From: a virus
Reading direction: 5' to 3' (one strand)
IMG/VR virus record: IMGVR_UViG_3300028844_006431
Location: 20,111-84,110 of that record
Length of the DNA stretch: 64,000 nucleotides
Shown here one piece after another: positions 11,151 through 20,982 of the stretch. Numbering within the stretch: the stretch's first letter is position 1; every line of letters begins with the position of its first letter. A model generated the notes under the pieces. It saw nothing but the letters and a program-made list of their open reading frames with translations. It had not been told where the DNA came from and made no database searches. Position numbers and translations under genes: made by a program.

Positions 11151-11618
11151 TTAGATAAATGGTCCGGGGTAAGGTATGAATAAAGTCTTCGGATCAGAAA
11201 CTGTAATTACAATCGATGTTGCTTGTAAATGAATAGCATTTGCGAGTTCAATTGAAAATGGAACCGAATTCAAATTGAATTTACGAGCAGCCGCTACTAC
11301 TGAAGGAAGCATAACAAGACCAGGAGAAACAGCATTTACTTGAAACACTGTATATAATCCCATCAATCCTTGCCAAACAGCCATTGAAAATTTTAAAGCA
11401 AAGATTTCAGGAATTAGATTTGGTGTACGAAAACATTCGATCATTTGACCGTAAGGAAATCCCCAGCATACGAAAGATCCAAAAGCTGCATTATTTCCTG
11501 TAGATAGATAATTTGTAATATTATTTACAACTCGTACACCAATGATAGATGGATCAGGTGTGGGTGTTGCAAAAGCTGAAATAAATTCAGGATACATCAC
11601 TGCGGGGGCTAAAGCCAT
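11151..11618 (-). CDS. Putative spike-tip protein with three internal repeats (non-PAAR)
   Basis: Immediately downstream of gp5. Hydrophobic 155 aa with three ungapped 33-aa repeats. Confidence 0.6.
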   Translation of the reverse strand: MALAPAVMYPEFISAFATPTPDPSIIGVRVVNNITNYLSTGNNAAFGSFVCWGFPYGQMIECFRTPNLIPEIFALKFSMAVWQGLMGLYTVFQVNAVSPGLVMLPSVVAAARKFNLNSVPFSIELANAIHLQATSIVITVSDPKTLFIPYPGPFI

Positions 11619-11619
11619 A

Positions 11620-13701
11620 TCAAAATACCATTGTTTTTAAACATAAAGATTGAGCAACCCAAGTTGCTAACATAGGATTTGTAATTAAGTCTACGGGCGT
11701 TGTTGGTCCCATTGCTGTAAGATGAGTGTGTGACCAAAAGGCTTTGAGAAAAGAAGGACCTTTCAAAGCAGGCTCACAAGCAGCATGAGAACCCAAACGA
11801 ACTGCTCCACCAATTGAAGCAATTGAAGTATCAACACCTGAAGTCATTCTTGTTGCTGTACCAGAAAAAGCATGTAATTCTGTTTCTGAATAAATGACTG
11901 TTGCTGCTACTGAGTGTGTAAGCACAGCAGCATTCGCATGAACCATAAAGTTGACAGCAGCATTATTAATAATGTTTGATGCTGTTGAAGTTTGAACAAT
12001 CAATCCTCCAGTTTCTTCAATCATACCCATCGGTGTTGTTCTTGTGCGAACACTGTTTAAGAATTTAGCTTCTGAAACAATGTCACCAAAATAGGATTGC
12101 CAATAAATATATCCTGTTTTTGTCTGACCAACAATACTTCCTGGATGTGTTGGGTGAACTTCAATCATAGGTGATGGTTGCTGTTGAGCAATCGAAGCGA
12201 TTGAAGTAGGTAGAGCAGATGTAACTGTGAGTGATGCTGTATCAAAAACCCATCCTTTACCTCTTGCTGAAATTCTTGTATCACCATCCATTGCGTTCAT
12301 TTCAATGTGACCATGTGATGCTGTTACCTCAACCGCATTTGGAAAAGGTATGTAGAAAGGTAACATTGTAAAGGTATTCTCAGCATGAATCGCAACTGTA
12401 TGACCAGCACTCACATGTATGTTATCACCAGCACCCCAAGTTGAATTCATTTTTGAATTGAATCGTATCGATCCAGCAGTCATATCATATAGACCACCCG
12501 CATCAATGCGATAATTATTTTCAATTTCGTTTATTTGGTCACCAGAATTGATTTGAAATAAGGATGGTGTGACTTGAAGAATACGATTCAATGCTTCATG
12601 CTTGAGAGAATTTGTAACAAAAGTTGTTTCACCTGTTGGAACTTTGATTGTAAAATTACCCTCTTCTACAGTTAAATTATAATTCGCAGAACCTGCTACT
12701 CTTACTTCGTAGTCTTCTCCACCAAAATTTCCAGCATTGACTAAGAGAGCAGCACCTTTACGATATGTTTCATACTTTGATCCTTTAGTATATTCAAAAC
12801 TATCTGCTTCAACAATATCATATTTCTCATTCATTGTTTGAGAAACTAATTTACCATCAGGATGTATTTCACGAAAGGTTCCTGAGCGATGATATTCATG
12901 AATTCTTTCCGCCTTTGGTGTATCATCATACTCAATGATATGACCAGACTCTGTTTCTTGTACATGATTAAATGGATATACAGCATTATAAGGAGATGTT
13001 GGTTGATTGTAACTTACTCCTTTGCGAGATGTTTGAATATTTCTTGTTTCATTTAGATACTTTGAAAGCATCGGTTCTTTCATCGCCTTATTTGTTTCAG
13101 CGATTGTTGAAACAGAAGCACTTTCTTCATCTAAAAAAATATTACGATCTTGAACACCTCTCGCAAGTTTAGGAACAGTTGAATATTCTTGGCTCTCTGT
13201 TCTTGGATATCTTTCAACATAATCATCTTCTTCAATTTCAGCACCTAGACGGTCTTTATCCTTACGAATATTGACCGGAGGTGAGGGAAAGCCTCGATTT
13301 TCAAGATGATGTTCTTCACGAACATCTTTGAATCCGTAAGCAAACCAATCAGGAGCATCTTCTGGATTCAGCTTATCTGGTGTGTGAGCATAACCACCAA
13401 TTGAACCAATCACTAAAGGTTGTTGAGCTTCTTCTCCATCAATGAAAAATCCTACAACCCAAGAACCCTCAACAATACCTGTTGGACTTTGACCCACATC
13501 TGTTTGTGCTGCTGATGTCACTGGCTGCATCACCATTGCCCATGGCAAATCTTCAGTTGGTATTTCAAAACGATTTGGTGTGTGATGTCCAAAACAACGA
13601 ACACGAACACGACCTAAAAAATTTGGATCCATTCGATCTTCAACAACACCAAAGAACCAAACTAAATTTTGTCCAAAGTTTAATTTATTCAGGTCAAACA
13701 T
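11620..13701 (-). CDS. gp5: Baseplate central spike (T4 gp5-like) without a lysozyme domain
   Basis: OB-fold WFFGVVEDRMDP..LGRVRVRCFG. Also YPFNHVQETESGHIIEYDDTP..ERIHEYHRSGTF, a beta-helix C-terminus and a terminal HTH (HxH) motif. Confidence 0.92.
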   Translation of the reverse strand: MFDLNKLNFGQNLVWFFGVVEDRMDPNFLGRVRVRCFGHHTPNRFEIPTEDLPWAMVMQPVTSAAQTDVGQSPTGIVEGSWVVGFFIDGEEAQQPLVIGSIGGYAHTPDKLNPEDAPDWFAYGFKDVREEHHLENRGFPSPPVNIRKDKDRLGAEIEEDDYVERYPRTESQEYSTVPKLARGVQDRNIFLDEESASVSTIAETNKAMKEPMLSKYLNETRNIQTSRKGVSYNQPTSPYNAVYPFNHVQETESGHIIEYDDTPKAERIHEYHRSGTFREIHPDGKLVSQTMNEKYDIVEADSFEYTKGSKYETYRKGAALLVNAGNFGGEDYEVRVAGSANYNLTVEEGNFTIKVPTGETTFVTNSLKHEALNRILQVTPSLFQINSGDQINEIENNYRIDAGGLYDMTAGSIRFNSKMNSTWGAGDNIHVSAGHTVAIHAENTFTMLPFYIPFPNAVEVTASHGHIEMNAMDGDTRISARGKGWVFDTASLTVTSALPTSIASIAQQQPSPMIEVHPTHPGSIVGQTKTGYIYWQSYFGDIVSEAKFLNSVRTRTTPMGMIEETGGLIVQTSTASNIINNAAVNFMVHANAAVLTHSVAATVIYSETELHAFSGTATRMTSGVDTSIASIGGAVRLGSHAACEPALKGPSFLKAFWSHTHLTAMGPTTPVDLITNPMLATWVAQSLCLKTMVF

Positions 13702-15296
13702 TATACATTTTTATTTGTAGAGTTAATGAGTTGAACTTCAAGTTTTCTTAGTCTTGTTGCTAAGTTATAATCGTTTATAATCTCAGATGAAAGAATTGAA
13801 GTTCTTACAATATCTTGCTCTCGTTCTAAATCTAAATCTTTTGAGTTGACTTTGATTCCAATTTCATTTGATTTCTTTTTATCAGCAATATCAAATCGAT
13901 AATTTGTTGAAATCGAATCAGTGACCATTTCAACGAGAATACGATATTTACTATCTAGACTTACATTATGATGAATTCTTGTTACCATGTATTTACCCGA
14001 CAAATATAAATCACCTTCGGTATCCTGATGACGAGGAACATGAAAATGAACAAGGTCACCTACAGAAAGTCTACCTGAGCTATCACCAGCTAATTCAACT
14101 TGAACAACTAAAGCATCTAATTGAGCTTGCATGCTCATTCGTCTTTGATACATTTCTTTGCGATGGTCTGAATAATCTTGAGATTCAGGATCGCCCGAAT
14201 GAAACATTACAAGTTCATTGATTGTTGCTGGTGCTTCATTTTTAGGATCATGTAGAACATCACTATTTCGAGTTGTCAGTAAATAACCATCGTTGTTTAT
14301 ATGATGTTGTTTTGACGCCTCATCTTGATAATAATAAGATTTTGTTTCAAACTTTCTTTTCTCTATATCAACATATGAAACTTCAGAAGAATACATTCCT
14401 CTTGACATGTTTTGTAAAACATCAAATCTTTTAACTACTTTATAATCATAAACAATATTCCAAGAAAATTCAAATTCTTGACTTTTATCTTGAGAATCTT
14501 TTGGTATATAATATATTTTTTTTACATAATCATCATTTTTTGGTTTATTCTTAAAGATATCTTCGAGGCTTACAAATCGAAAACGATTAATATCTTGAAA
14601 GAAAAAGAATAAAGAACCAGAAGGTGAAAGATTTCTTTTACATAATTTATTGATTACACGAAATGGTGAAAGACTTGGCGCAATATATTTCTCAATGTAA
14701 GGTGTTGTAGTTTCAACTGAATAATAATTATTATTCACATCTTTATTTTTTGATAAGTATCCACCACTATCAGTTGTTTTTACAGTTTGTTCATTGACTA
14801 AACCTAATTTTTTCTCACACAAATAAGCAACTACATGAGACAATTTACTTTTTGGAAAAGACATCGAAATCTTTTGTTTTTGATTTCGAAGAGCAACCTC
14901 TGAAATTAGATGTAAAGTATACATCTTTGTTTCTTCATTGATTTTTTCAATATTACTAATACTCGTTACACGAAACTTTAGTTCAATTGCAATTGCTGTA
15001 TTCATTGAACGAAAAACAACATATAAAGTTTCTTCACCAATAAAAGGAAAATCAGTAAGTAAATTATTACCATCAATCAGTGTAATTGTACCCGATAAAC
15101 AATTTGAATATAAATCCTCATAGATACTAAAATTTTCAAAAATAAAATCAAGAGAAATCTTTTTCTGTAAAAAAGGCGCTGTTTCATCGCCTGAAAAGAT
15201 CTTTGGTGTTTCAATAGTAAGAGCAATTAATTCGTAATCACCTATTTGATCTGGAAATAAATCACTTTTTAAAGTTTTATTAAAAACTCTTCTCAT
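13701..15296 (-). CDS. Baseplate hub protein (gp27/late-control-D-like)
   Basis: FSIYEDLY..CLSGTITLID, PFIGEETL, FFFFQD, and GDS..LSVGDLV..YLSGKYMVTRIHH. Sits between gp53 and gp5. Confidence 0.75.
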   Translation of the reverse strand: MRRVFNKTLKSDLFPDQIGDYELIALTIETPKIFSGDETAPFLQKKISLDFIFENFSIYEDLYSNCLSGTITLIDGNNLLTDFPFIGEETLYVVFRSMNTAIAIELKFRVTSISNIEKINEETKMYTLHLISEVALRNQKQKISMSFPKSKLSHVVAYLCEKKLGLVNEQTVKTTDSGGYLSKNKDVNNNYYSVETTTPYIEKYIAPSLSPFRVINKLCKRNLSPSGSLFFFFQDINRFRFVSLEDIFKNKPKNDDYVKKIYYIPKDSQDKSQEFEFSWNIVYDYKVVKRFDVLQNMSRGMYSSEVSYVDIEKRKFETKSYYYQDEASKQHHINNDGYLLTTRNSDVLHDPKNEAPATINELVMFHSGDPESQDYSDHRKEMYQRRMSMQAQLDALVVQVELAGDSSGRLSVGDLVHFHVPRHQDTEGDLYLSGKYMVTRIHHNVSLDSKYRILVEMVTDSISTNYRFDIADKKKSNEIGIKVNSKDLDLEREQDIVRTSILSSEIINDYNLATRLRKLEVQLINSTNKNV

Positions 15297-15955
15297 AACT
15301 CAAACATTGATGATAGTTCAGAATATATACGAAATGCTACTTTTGAAGAAAATACTTTTATATTTTTCTTTTCTTCATTTTCACGAATAGCTTTTTGATA
15401 TGCAGTTTCTCTTGTGGGTTTTTGTCTTTCAATTAATTGACCTTTATGTACTTGCGATGCTCTTCTTGTAACAGAAAATCCTAAATTAGTTCGCTCATTA
15501 ACTGTCTGCTCACCATCTGTTTGTTTGAGAATCATGAAATTATGTGTTCTCCGTTTATATGCTAAGTTCAGTATTTCCCAACTCCTTTCGCTCACTTCAT
15601 GACCAAATTCAGAATAATAATGAGCATATGTTTGATTTGAATTTTCAAGTGAACCATATTTTTGAATCAATTGAGTCTCAACAATATCATTTGAGATCGG
15701 CCATTCATCATATATGCTGTATATCTTATTCAGTAATAAAATCATCCAAACATAATCGTATGTTCCATAAAGTTCATAAGATACTTCTTCTGGTCTTTTA
15801 TCATTTTCAATTAGATAATCAAGAATAGTTAAATTATCTTTATACTTTTCAATATATTCAAAAAATTTTATACGAACAGAAATATCAATCATTGAATATT
15901 TTTTATCGTTGGCATAAAATGTATCAAATCTTGGAAAGTCTGAAAAAAACTTCAT
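15293..15955 (-). CDS. gp53: Baseplate wedge protein gp53-like (LysM-like)
   Basis: MKFFSDFP, RPEEVSYELYG..DYVWMILLLN..Y.EWP, and a C-terminal NEEKKNIKV. Confidence 0.88.
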   Translation of the reverse strand: MKFFSDFPRFDTFYANDKKYSMIDISVRIKFFEYIEKYKDNLTILDYLIENDKRPEEVSYELYGTYDYVWMILLLNKIYSIYDEWPISNDIVETQLIQKYGSLENSNQTYAHYYSEFGHEVSERSWEILNLAYKRRTHNFMILKQTDGEQTVNERTNLGFSVTRRASQVHKGQLIERQKPTRETAYQKAIRENEEKKNIKVFSSKVAFRIYSELSSMFEL

Positions 15956-15963
15956 GTAAAACC

Positions 15964-17091
15964 TTAGTTTAGAATATGAACATCATCTACATGATCACGA
16001 TTATAAATTACATTTTCTTGAAGTGTTAAGTTTAATGTAGTCGATGTGTAATATTTTTTACCATCTGATTCAAGAAATGAAATTTCATTAAGTCCACTAT
16101 TTTCTTGATTGTTATTGTGCGAAACATCCACTCTTGTAACTACAGCAGGTAAGAACTTAAATTTCATAAACTCTTTTCCGTCAACAAAAATTTGCATTTG
16201 AACTTTGTTTGGATAAGTAAAATGATTATTGAAATTTATTGTTTTTTCAAGTTGATCATTGTTTACAATACCTGGTAAAGAATTTTTTAGAAATGCTTTT
16301 TCAATATCACTCAATGTGATCGCATCTTGTTCTGTTTTGGGTACAAGATTCCAAGACGGATAAAAGACACGATAATACATATAGTTTTCACCAGAAAATA
16401 ATGTAGTCAAATTTGGATTATAAGCAATACCTAAATTATATGGAAAAACTTTGACAGTTGAATCTTCTGTATTTAATAAACGATTCAAACCCCAAGCTTC
16501 TGCTAATGTTTGAAATTTAATTTCTTCATCAGACCAACCTAGTGATATTGCTTCTTTTAAACCATTTGGTGTTACACCAAATTCTCGAGCATTTTCAAAT
16601 AATACATTGTTAACAATACCCAAACGTTCAGGAACTGTTCTTGATGTTAGGTCTTCGTAAAATAATCTTCCTGGTAAAGGCATTATAATGGATGGATAAA
16701 CAATCTCTGTGAACGCCTGAGTTGTTTTTAGATCCTTAAAATTTGATTTATGTCGATAAAAACTGAAGTAAATATAATTCTGTTTATAAGGAACTGTTCC
16801 CAAATCATAAGGATATTTTAACAATTTATATTCTGATTTAGGCTCAGGTTTTCCTAATGACTTAGCATTTTGTGTATATTTCTGAAGTAATGCTTGAACC
16901 GTTTCACTCTGTTCATATTGAATTTGTCCAATAGGACTTATATTATTAGGTCTTTGATAACCAGTTGGTTCAGAAATATGTTGTGGTAATTCAGCACCGT
17001 AACTTTTTGCCAAAGCAACAAGTTGTTTTGAGATTTTATCTTGTTCAATGAGTAACTTTTGTTGGTCTGGAGGTGTAGCTGTTAATCCCAT
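15964..17091 (-). CDS. gp48: Baseplate tail-tube cap gp48-like, paralog 2
   Basis: LKYPYDL, IIMPLP, YNPNLTTLF.G..R.F..W.LVPKTEQDA, FTYP, LTLQE. Confidence 0.7.
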   Translation of the reverse strand: MGLTATPPDQQKLLIEQDKISKQLVALAKSYGAELPQHISEPTGYQRPNNISPIGQIQYEQSETVQALLQKYTQNAKSLGKPEPKSEYKLLKYPYDLGTVPYKQNYIYFSFYRHKSNFKDLKTTQAFTEIVYPSIIMPLPGRLFYEDLTSRTVPERLGIVNNVLFENAREFGVTPNGLKEAISLGWSDEEIKFQTLAEAWGLNRLLNTEDSTVKVFPYNLGIAYNPNLTTLFSGENYMYYRVFYPSWNLVPKTEQDAITLSDIEKAFLKNSLPGIVNNDQLEKTINFNNHFTYPNKVQMQIFVDGKEFMKFKFLPAVVTRVDVSHNNNQENSGLNEISFLESDGKKYYTSTTLNLTLQENVIYNRDHVDDVHILN

Positions 17092-18554
17092 TACACACTC
17101 TCATATTTAACAACATGTGTTGAATTGAATTGTTTTTGTTCTCTTACCATCCAAGTTACATCATAAGAAGTGAAAAAATATTCATTATCTCCTGAAATTT
17201 GATCAGTGTGTTTGACAAAAGTATCCGCATCAGCACCACCCAAAATTGTAGAAAAACTATCTGTCATAAAAGGAAATGGAAAGTTTACAAGATGAGTAAC
17301 TTCAGACATTTCTTTACCAACTTTTTCACAGACAGTAAATATAAATTCATGAGGAGCACGATAAGTTGAACTGTATAATTTATGATCGTATTCTTTTTTC
17401 TTTGTTACATCAGACTGTTCTTGTAGAGTTTCATCTGGTCTAGTTTCATCTACAAAAGCTGCAACTTCCTCTAAAGCATATTTAAATTCATCAACAACCG
17501 ATACATCTGATAACTGAGGTAATGATGCTTTTTGAAGTTTTTTGAGAATAAGTTCAAGTACAGTTGCATCTTCATAGGTTTTTGGACGAAAGGTCCATCT
17601 TAAGATCAATTCTCTTGTAGGACCACCAATACCTTGAAACATGTTTGTGAAGTTTGGTGCTCGAGCAAAACCAGCACCTGCTCTCAATGCCTGAAAACTT
17701 TGATCTTCTGTTTTTTGAATTTGTTGTTCTAACCAAGTCGCCGGTAATTTTCCTAAGTTATCATAAAAACTTGACATACTTTCTCCCATCACACGACCTA
17801 TTTGATTCATCGTTCCTTCAAGCCCCAAGATTTTAGTCAGATTTGCATTCTCTGTTTTCAATGCTTCAGCAACAGAACCTAATTCTTCAGGACTATAAAG
17901 TAAAGAATGATTCTCTTGTAACAAACCATTAGGAACTGGTAAATAAATAATCATGTAAGGATTACGATTCTTTTCTTTTATGTTGATCGCAAAAGCTTCA
18001 ATCCTCATGAAAAATTTTTGAAATTCTTCTGGGTTCGCAGGATAACTAAGTATTAAAGTTTGTTTTGGATCTTCAATTATATTCTTTGAACCTCTTTTCA
18101 TGGTGCCAGTTGGGGCAACTGACAATGTTCCAGAATCATTCGAAGTTCCTTGAGGTTGTCCATTAATTGCATCATATGTTTGTGGTCTTGCTGTTCCTCG
18201 AGGATTGACAACTTTATATTCAGTATCTGGACGATCATAGGGCCCTAAACCCTCTGCTGAAAAACCTGAACCACCTTTTAACTTCTGTTCAGCTTCTTTT
18301 ATTTCATTGCGTGTGTTTTTTTCTTGAAGATATTTTTTCAAATCTTCTTGAAAAACATCTATTTTTTTTGATTCAATTTGTGGTGGTGCTTCTTCTGGAA
18401 GTTTAACTGTAGGGTTTTTACTAGTATTTGGTTGATCACCAGACCCTGAAAATCGATCCCCAACAGAACTATTATCTGATTCTAATGTATTTTTTTTAAA
18501 TAATTCTTGAATTTGTTGAGCAGTGGTTACTCTTCTAGGACCGTTATAAGCCAT
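17091..18554 (-). CDS. gp48: Baseplate tail-tube cap gp48-like, paralog 1, with a long disordered N-terminus
   Basis: LSYP, IYLPVP, PNFTNMFQG..R...WTFRPKTYEDA, YRAPHEF. Confidence 0.7.
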   Translation of the reverse strand: MAYNGPRRVTTAQQIQELFKKNTLESDNSSVGDRFSGSGDQPNTSKNPTVKLPEEAPPQIESKKIDVFQEDLKKYLQEKNTRNEIKEAEQKLKGGSGFSAEGLGPYDRPDTEYKVVNPRGTARPQTYDAINGQPQGTSNDSGTLSVAPTGTMKRGSKNIIEDPKQTLILSYPANPEEFQKFFMRIEAFAINIKEKNRNPYMIIYLPVPNGLLQENHSLLYSPEELGSVAEALKTENANLTKILGLEGTMNQIGRVMGESMSSFYDNLGKLPATWLEQQIQKTEDQSFQALRAGAGFARAPNFTNMFQGIGGPTRELILRWTFRPKTYEDATVLELILKKLQKASLPQLSDVSVVDEFKYALEEVAAFVDETRPDETLQEQSDVTKKKEYDHKLYSSTYRAPHEFIFTVCEKVGKEMSEVTHLVNFPFPFMTDSFSTILGGADADTFVKHTDQISGDNEYFFTSYDVTWMVREQKQFNSTHVVKYESV

Positions 18555-18564
18555 ATATAAAACT

Positions 18565-18999
18565 ATGAGAAAAACTAAATTTCGTCAGGGAAAGTTCTTC
18601 CCTAAAAATGTTGAGAGGTACAAAGGAAACTCGACTGCAGTTATTTATCGTAGCAGTTGGGAGAAACGAGTGATGCACTTTTTTGACACTTCATCCAATG
18701 TTCAATGGTGGAACAGTGAAGGTCTAATTGTTCCCTATTTGAATCCGATTGACAAGAAAGTCCACAGTTATTTTCCTGATTTTGTCTACATGAGCAAATC
18801 AGGACAAGCCTACATGATTGAAATCAAACCATATCGTGAAACTCTTCCACCTTCGAAACGCCTGAGAAATCATAAAGCTGCCGTGATTACCTATATTATC
18901 AATCAGTCAAAATGGAAGCAAGCTCAAGAGTTTTGTAAGAAGCAAGGCTGGCAGTTTGTTGTCTGGACGGAGAATGAACTCAAGAAGATGGGAATTTAG
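18565..18999 (+). CDS. gp4: Head completion nuclease gp4 (TnsA-like PD-(D/E)xK)
   Basis: GKFFPKN..YKG..IYRSSWE, YFPDF, IEIKP, NQSKW. Divergent from the baseplate operon, as in T4. Confidence 0.92.
   Translation: MRKTKFRQGKFFPKNVERYKGNSTAVIYRSSWEKRVMHFFDTSSNVQWWNSEGLIVPYLNPIDKKVHSYFPDFVYMSKSGQAYMIEIKPYRETLPPSKRLRNHKAAVITYIINQSKWKQAQEFCKKQGWQFVVWTENELKKMGI
18642..18648 (-). promoter_or_regulatory. Possible T4-type late promoter (ATAAATA) for the baseplate operon, embedded in gp4
   Basis: TATTTAT on the + strand, about 90 nt upstream of the 18554 start. Only 10 bp separate the divergent starts. Confidence 0.4.
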
Positions 19000-19035
19000 T
19001 GAAGAAACGTTTTTAATATATTAACAATTTTCCAC

Positions 19036-19064
19036 TTGACAACGTAACTACGTTGTGTTACAAT
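19036..19064 (+). promoter_or_regulatory. Sigma70 promoter with an overlapping palindromic operator
   Basis: TTGACA-17bp-TACAAT. Inverted repeat ACAACGTA-AC-TACGTTGT at 19039-19056. AGGAG RBS before 19107. Confidence 0.8.
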
Positions 19065-19106
19065 GCAATCTGACGTGTTCTTTCCCATCAACCACGCAGG
19101 AGTGAA

Positions 19107-20972
19107 ATGAAAATATATCATATTGATAACTACCTTTCTGAACTGGACTCAAATCTCTTCTTTCGTCATAAAAAATATACTTCTCTGATTAACTCACCCA
19201 CTGGCACTGGCAAGACAGAAACAATCTTTGACCGAGCAAGAACTCAAGAGAAAGTGATTGTTGCTTTTCCTTACACTTCTCAGGTCATTCAACAGGCAAA
19301 GAAGAACCCTGGCTTTCAGTGCTTGTATGATGATGCTCAATACTCAACTGAGAAGACTCAGAGAATTATTTGTACCTATGACAAGCTTGTCACCTTAATT
19401 AATCATGACGTCAATCTGAATGAATATGAACTTCATCTAGATGAATGCCACAATCTCTATGTTGCTGCTGACTATCGAGATCGAGTCATGTACTATATTG
19501 CGTCCTCCATACGCCAGAGGGCTTACCAGCAGGTCTTTTGTTACTCTAGCACATATGACTCGAAGTATCTCAGTAACTATCTGGTGATAGACCAGCACTT
19601 TCGTATTCAGAAGAATCTTCCTGTTCGGGATGATGTTACTTGTGTTCACCTTAACAATCAGAAAATCACGCTCAATGAATCACTCTATGACTATATTCAG
19701 AAAAATGTCTCAGTCGATGAAAAAATTCTCATCTATCGCAATAACAAAAGTGAAAACACCGCCTTGGCTGATCTTCTGGAAGATGCGGGTATATCGACAA
19801 CGCTTGTGGATAGTGATTGCAAAAATGAGCAGGAGACAATTGAGCTTCTGGAGAACGAAATGCTTTCAAAGCAAACAAAGGTCCTCATTACCACATCAAT
19901 GTTGACAGAAGGAATCAATCTGCTGAACAATAACATCACTCAGATTCATTACATTGATAAGAGTAAGAGTGCTGCTACCATTCGTCAATTCGCAAGTCGG
20001 GCGAGGAACTCTACTCATAAAACTTTCGTCTGGTACAAGAAGGATGAGACACTTCATGTGAAGAAGGATATCTTTGAAGAGTGGATTGATTTCATTGAAA
20101 CATCTGGTCGGTTGGAGAAAAACTACAACAGTCTTGTAGCTGACACGCCAGATCATCTGAAACATAAACATATCAATCACTTGCTTCGTGGTTCTTCCAT
20201 GTATGACCGAACCTGGAGACAGAAAGGTTTTCGTAATGTCAGTGGTGAGATCAAGATTGATTACACCAGAATTGCGAATTATTTTTACGAGTTAGATGTG
20301 ACTAATCAAAGTCACAACTCATATATTCTGGGTGAAGAACTGGAGAAGTATGATTTTGATGTGTATTATATCAATTACGATACATCTAATATTGATCAAT
20401 CTGATATTGATTCCTCAAAAGAAAAGTCCAGAACTGTTCGTGCGATTCGTAAAGCGGAACGTCTTGAAATTCTTGAGGGTTATCGAGATGACCAGATTGA
20501 TGTGAGAAAGCGATTGAATGTTTTGCTGAGAAAAAAAGGCAAGACAGCCAATGAAAATCGTGAAATCAAGATTGCGAAAGAATGGATTGCACTGAAGAAG
20601 AGTAATGTGGCGGAAGATGATATCATTCAAATCATTCGTAAAAATAACACAAACAAAGCCAAGTTTCGTTTGTCATTAAAAGAACAGCAGAAGAATGATC
20701 TACTCTACAGTGAACTTTCATCACTCATTCATTTGAATCAAAGATATGATGTAACTGAGAGAAGTAATCTACTTGTAATTGCTGAGAAAAACATTCGAGA
20801 CAAACATTCAATTGAACTAAATATAAGGAAAACAAAAAACAATGAGATTCATGGTAAGATTAGTAAAGGTATTTTTAATACCTTGTTTAATACAGAGTCT
20901 CATGTCTACAGCGGCAAGCATTCAATCTCAGTCACAAACTTTGATCCGCTGTTCTTTAAAACTACTAACTGA
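19107..20972 (+). CDS. Superfamily 2 (DExH) helicase, possibly origin-binding-protein-like
   Basis: Walker A SPTGTGKT, Walker B LDECH, motif III SST, motif V TTSMLTEGINL, motif VI QFASRAR. Confidence 0.85.
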   Translation: MKIYHIDNYLSELDSNLFFRHKKYTSLINSPTGTGKTETIFDRARTQEKVIVAFPYTSQVIQQAKKNPGFQCLYDDAQYSTEKTQRIICTYDKLVTLINHDVNLNEYELHLDECHNLYVAADYRDRVMYYIASSIRQRAYQQVFCYSSTYDSKYLSNYLVIDQHFRIQKNLPVRDDVTCVHLNNQKITLNESLYDYIQKNVSVDEKILIYRNNKSENTALADLLEDAGISTTLVDSDCKNEQETIELLENEMLSKQTKVLITTSMLTEGINLLNNNITQIHYIDKSKSAATIRQFASRARNSTHKTFVWYKKDETLHVKKDIFEEWIDFIETSGRLEKNYNSLVADTPDHLKHKHINHLLRGSSMYDRTWRQKGFRNVSGEIKIDYTRIANYFYELDVTNQSHNSYILGEELEKYDFDVYYINYDTSNIDQSDIDSSKEKSRTVRAIRKAERLEILEGYRDDQIDVRKRLNVLLRKKGKTANENREIKIAKEWIALKKSNVAEDDIIQIIRKNNTNKAKFRLSLKEQQKNDLLYSELSSLIHLNQRYDVTERSNLLVIAEKNIRDKHSIELNIRKTKNNEIHGKISKGIFNTLFNTESHVYSGKHSISVTNFDPLFFKTTN

Positions 20973-20982
20973 ACAATGAAAG

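Noticed and set aside
18565-18999. TnsA-like nuclease as evidence for a Tn7-type transposon
   Set aside because: The motifs and divergent position match T4 gp4 head completion protein. There are no tnsB/tnsC genes or terminal repeats.
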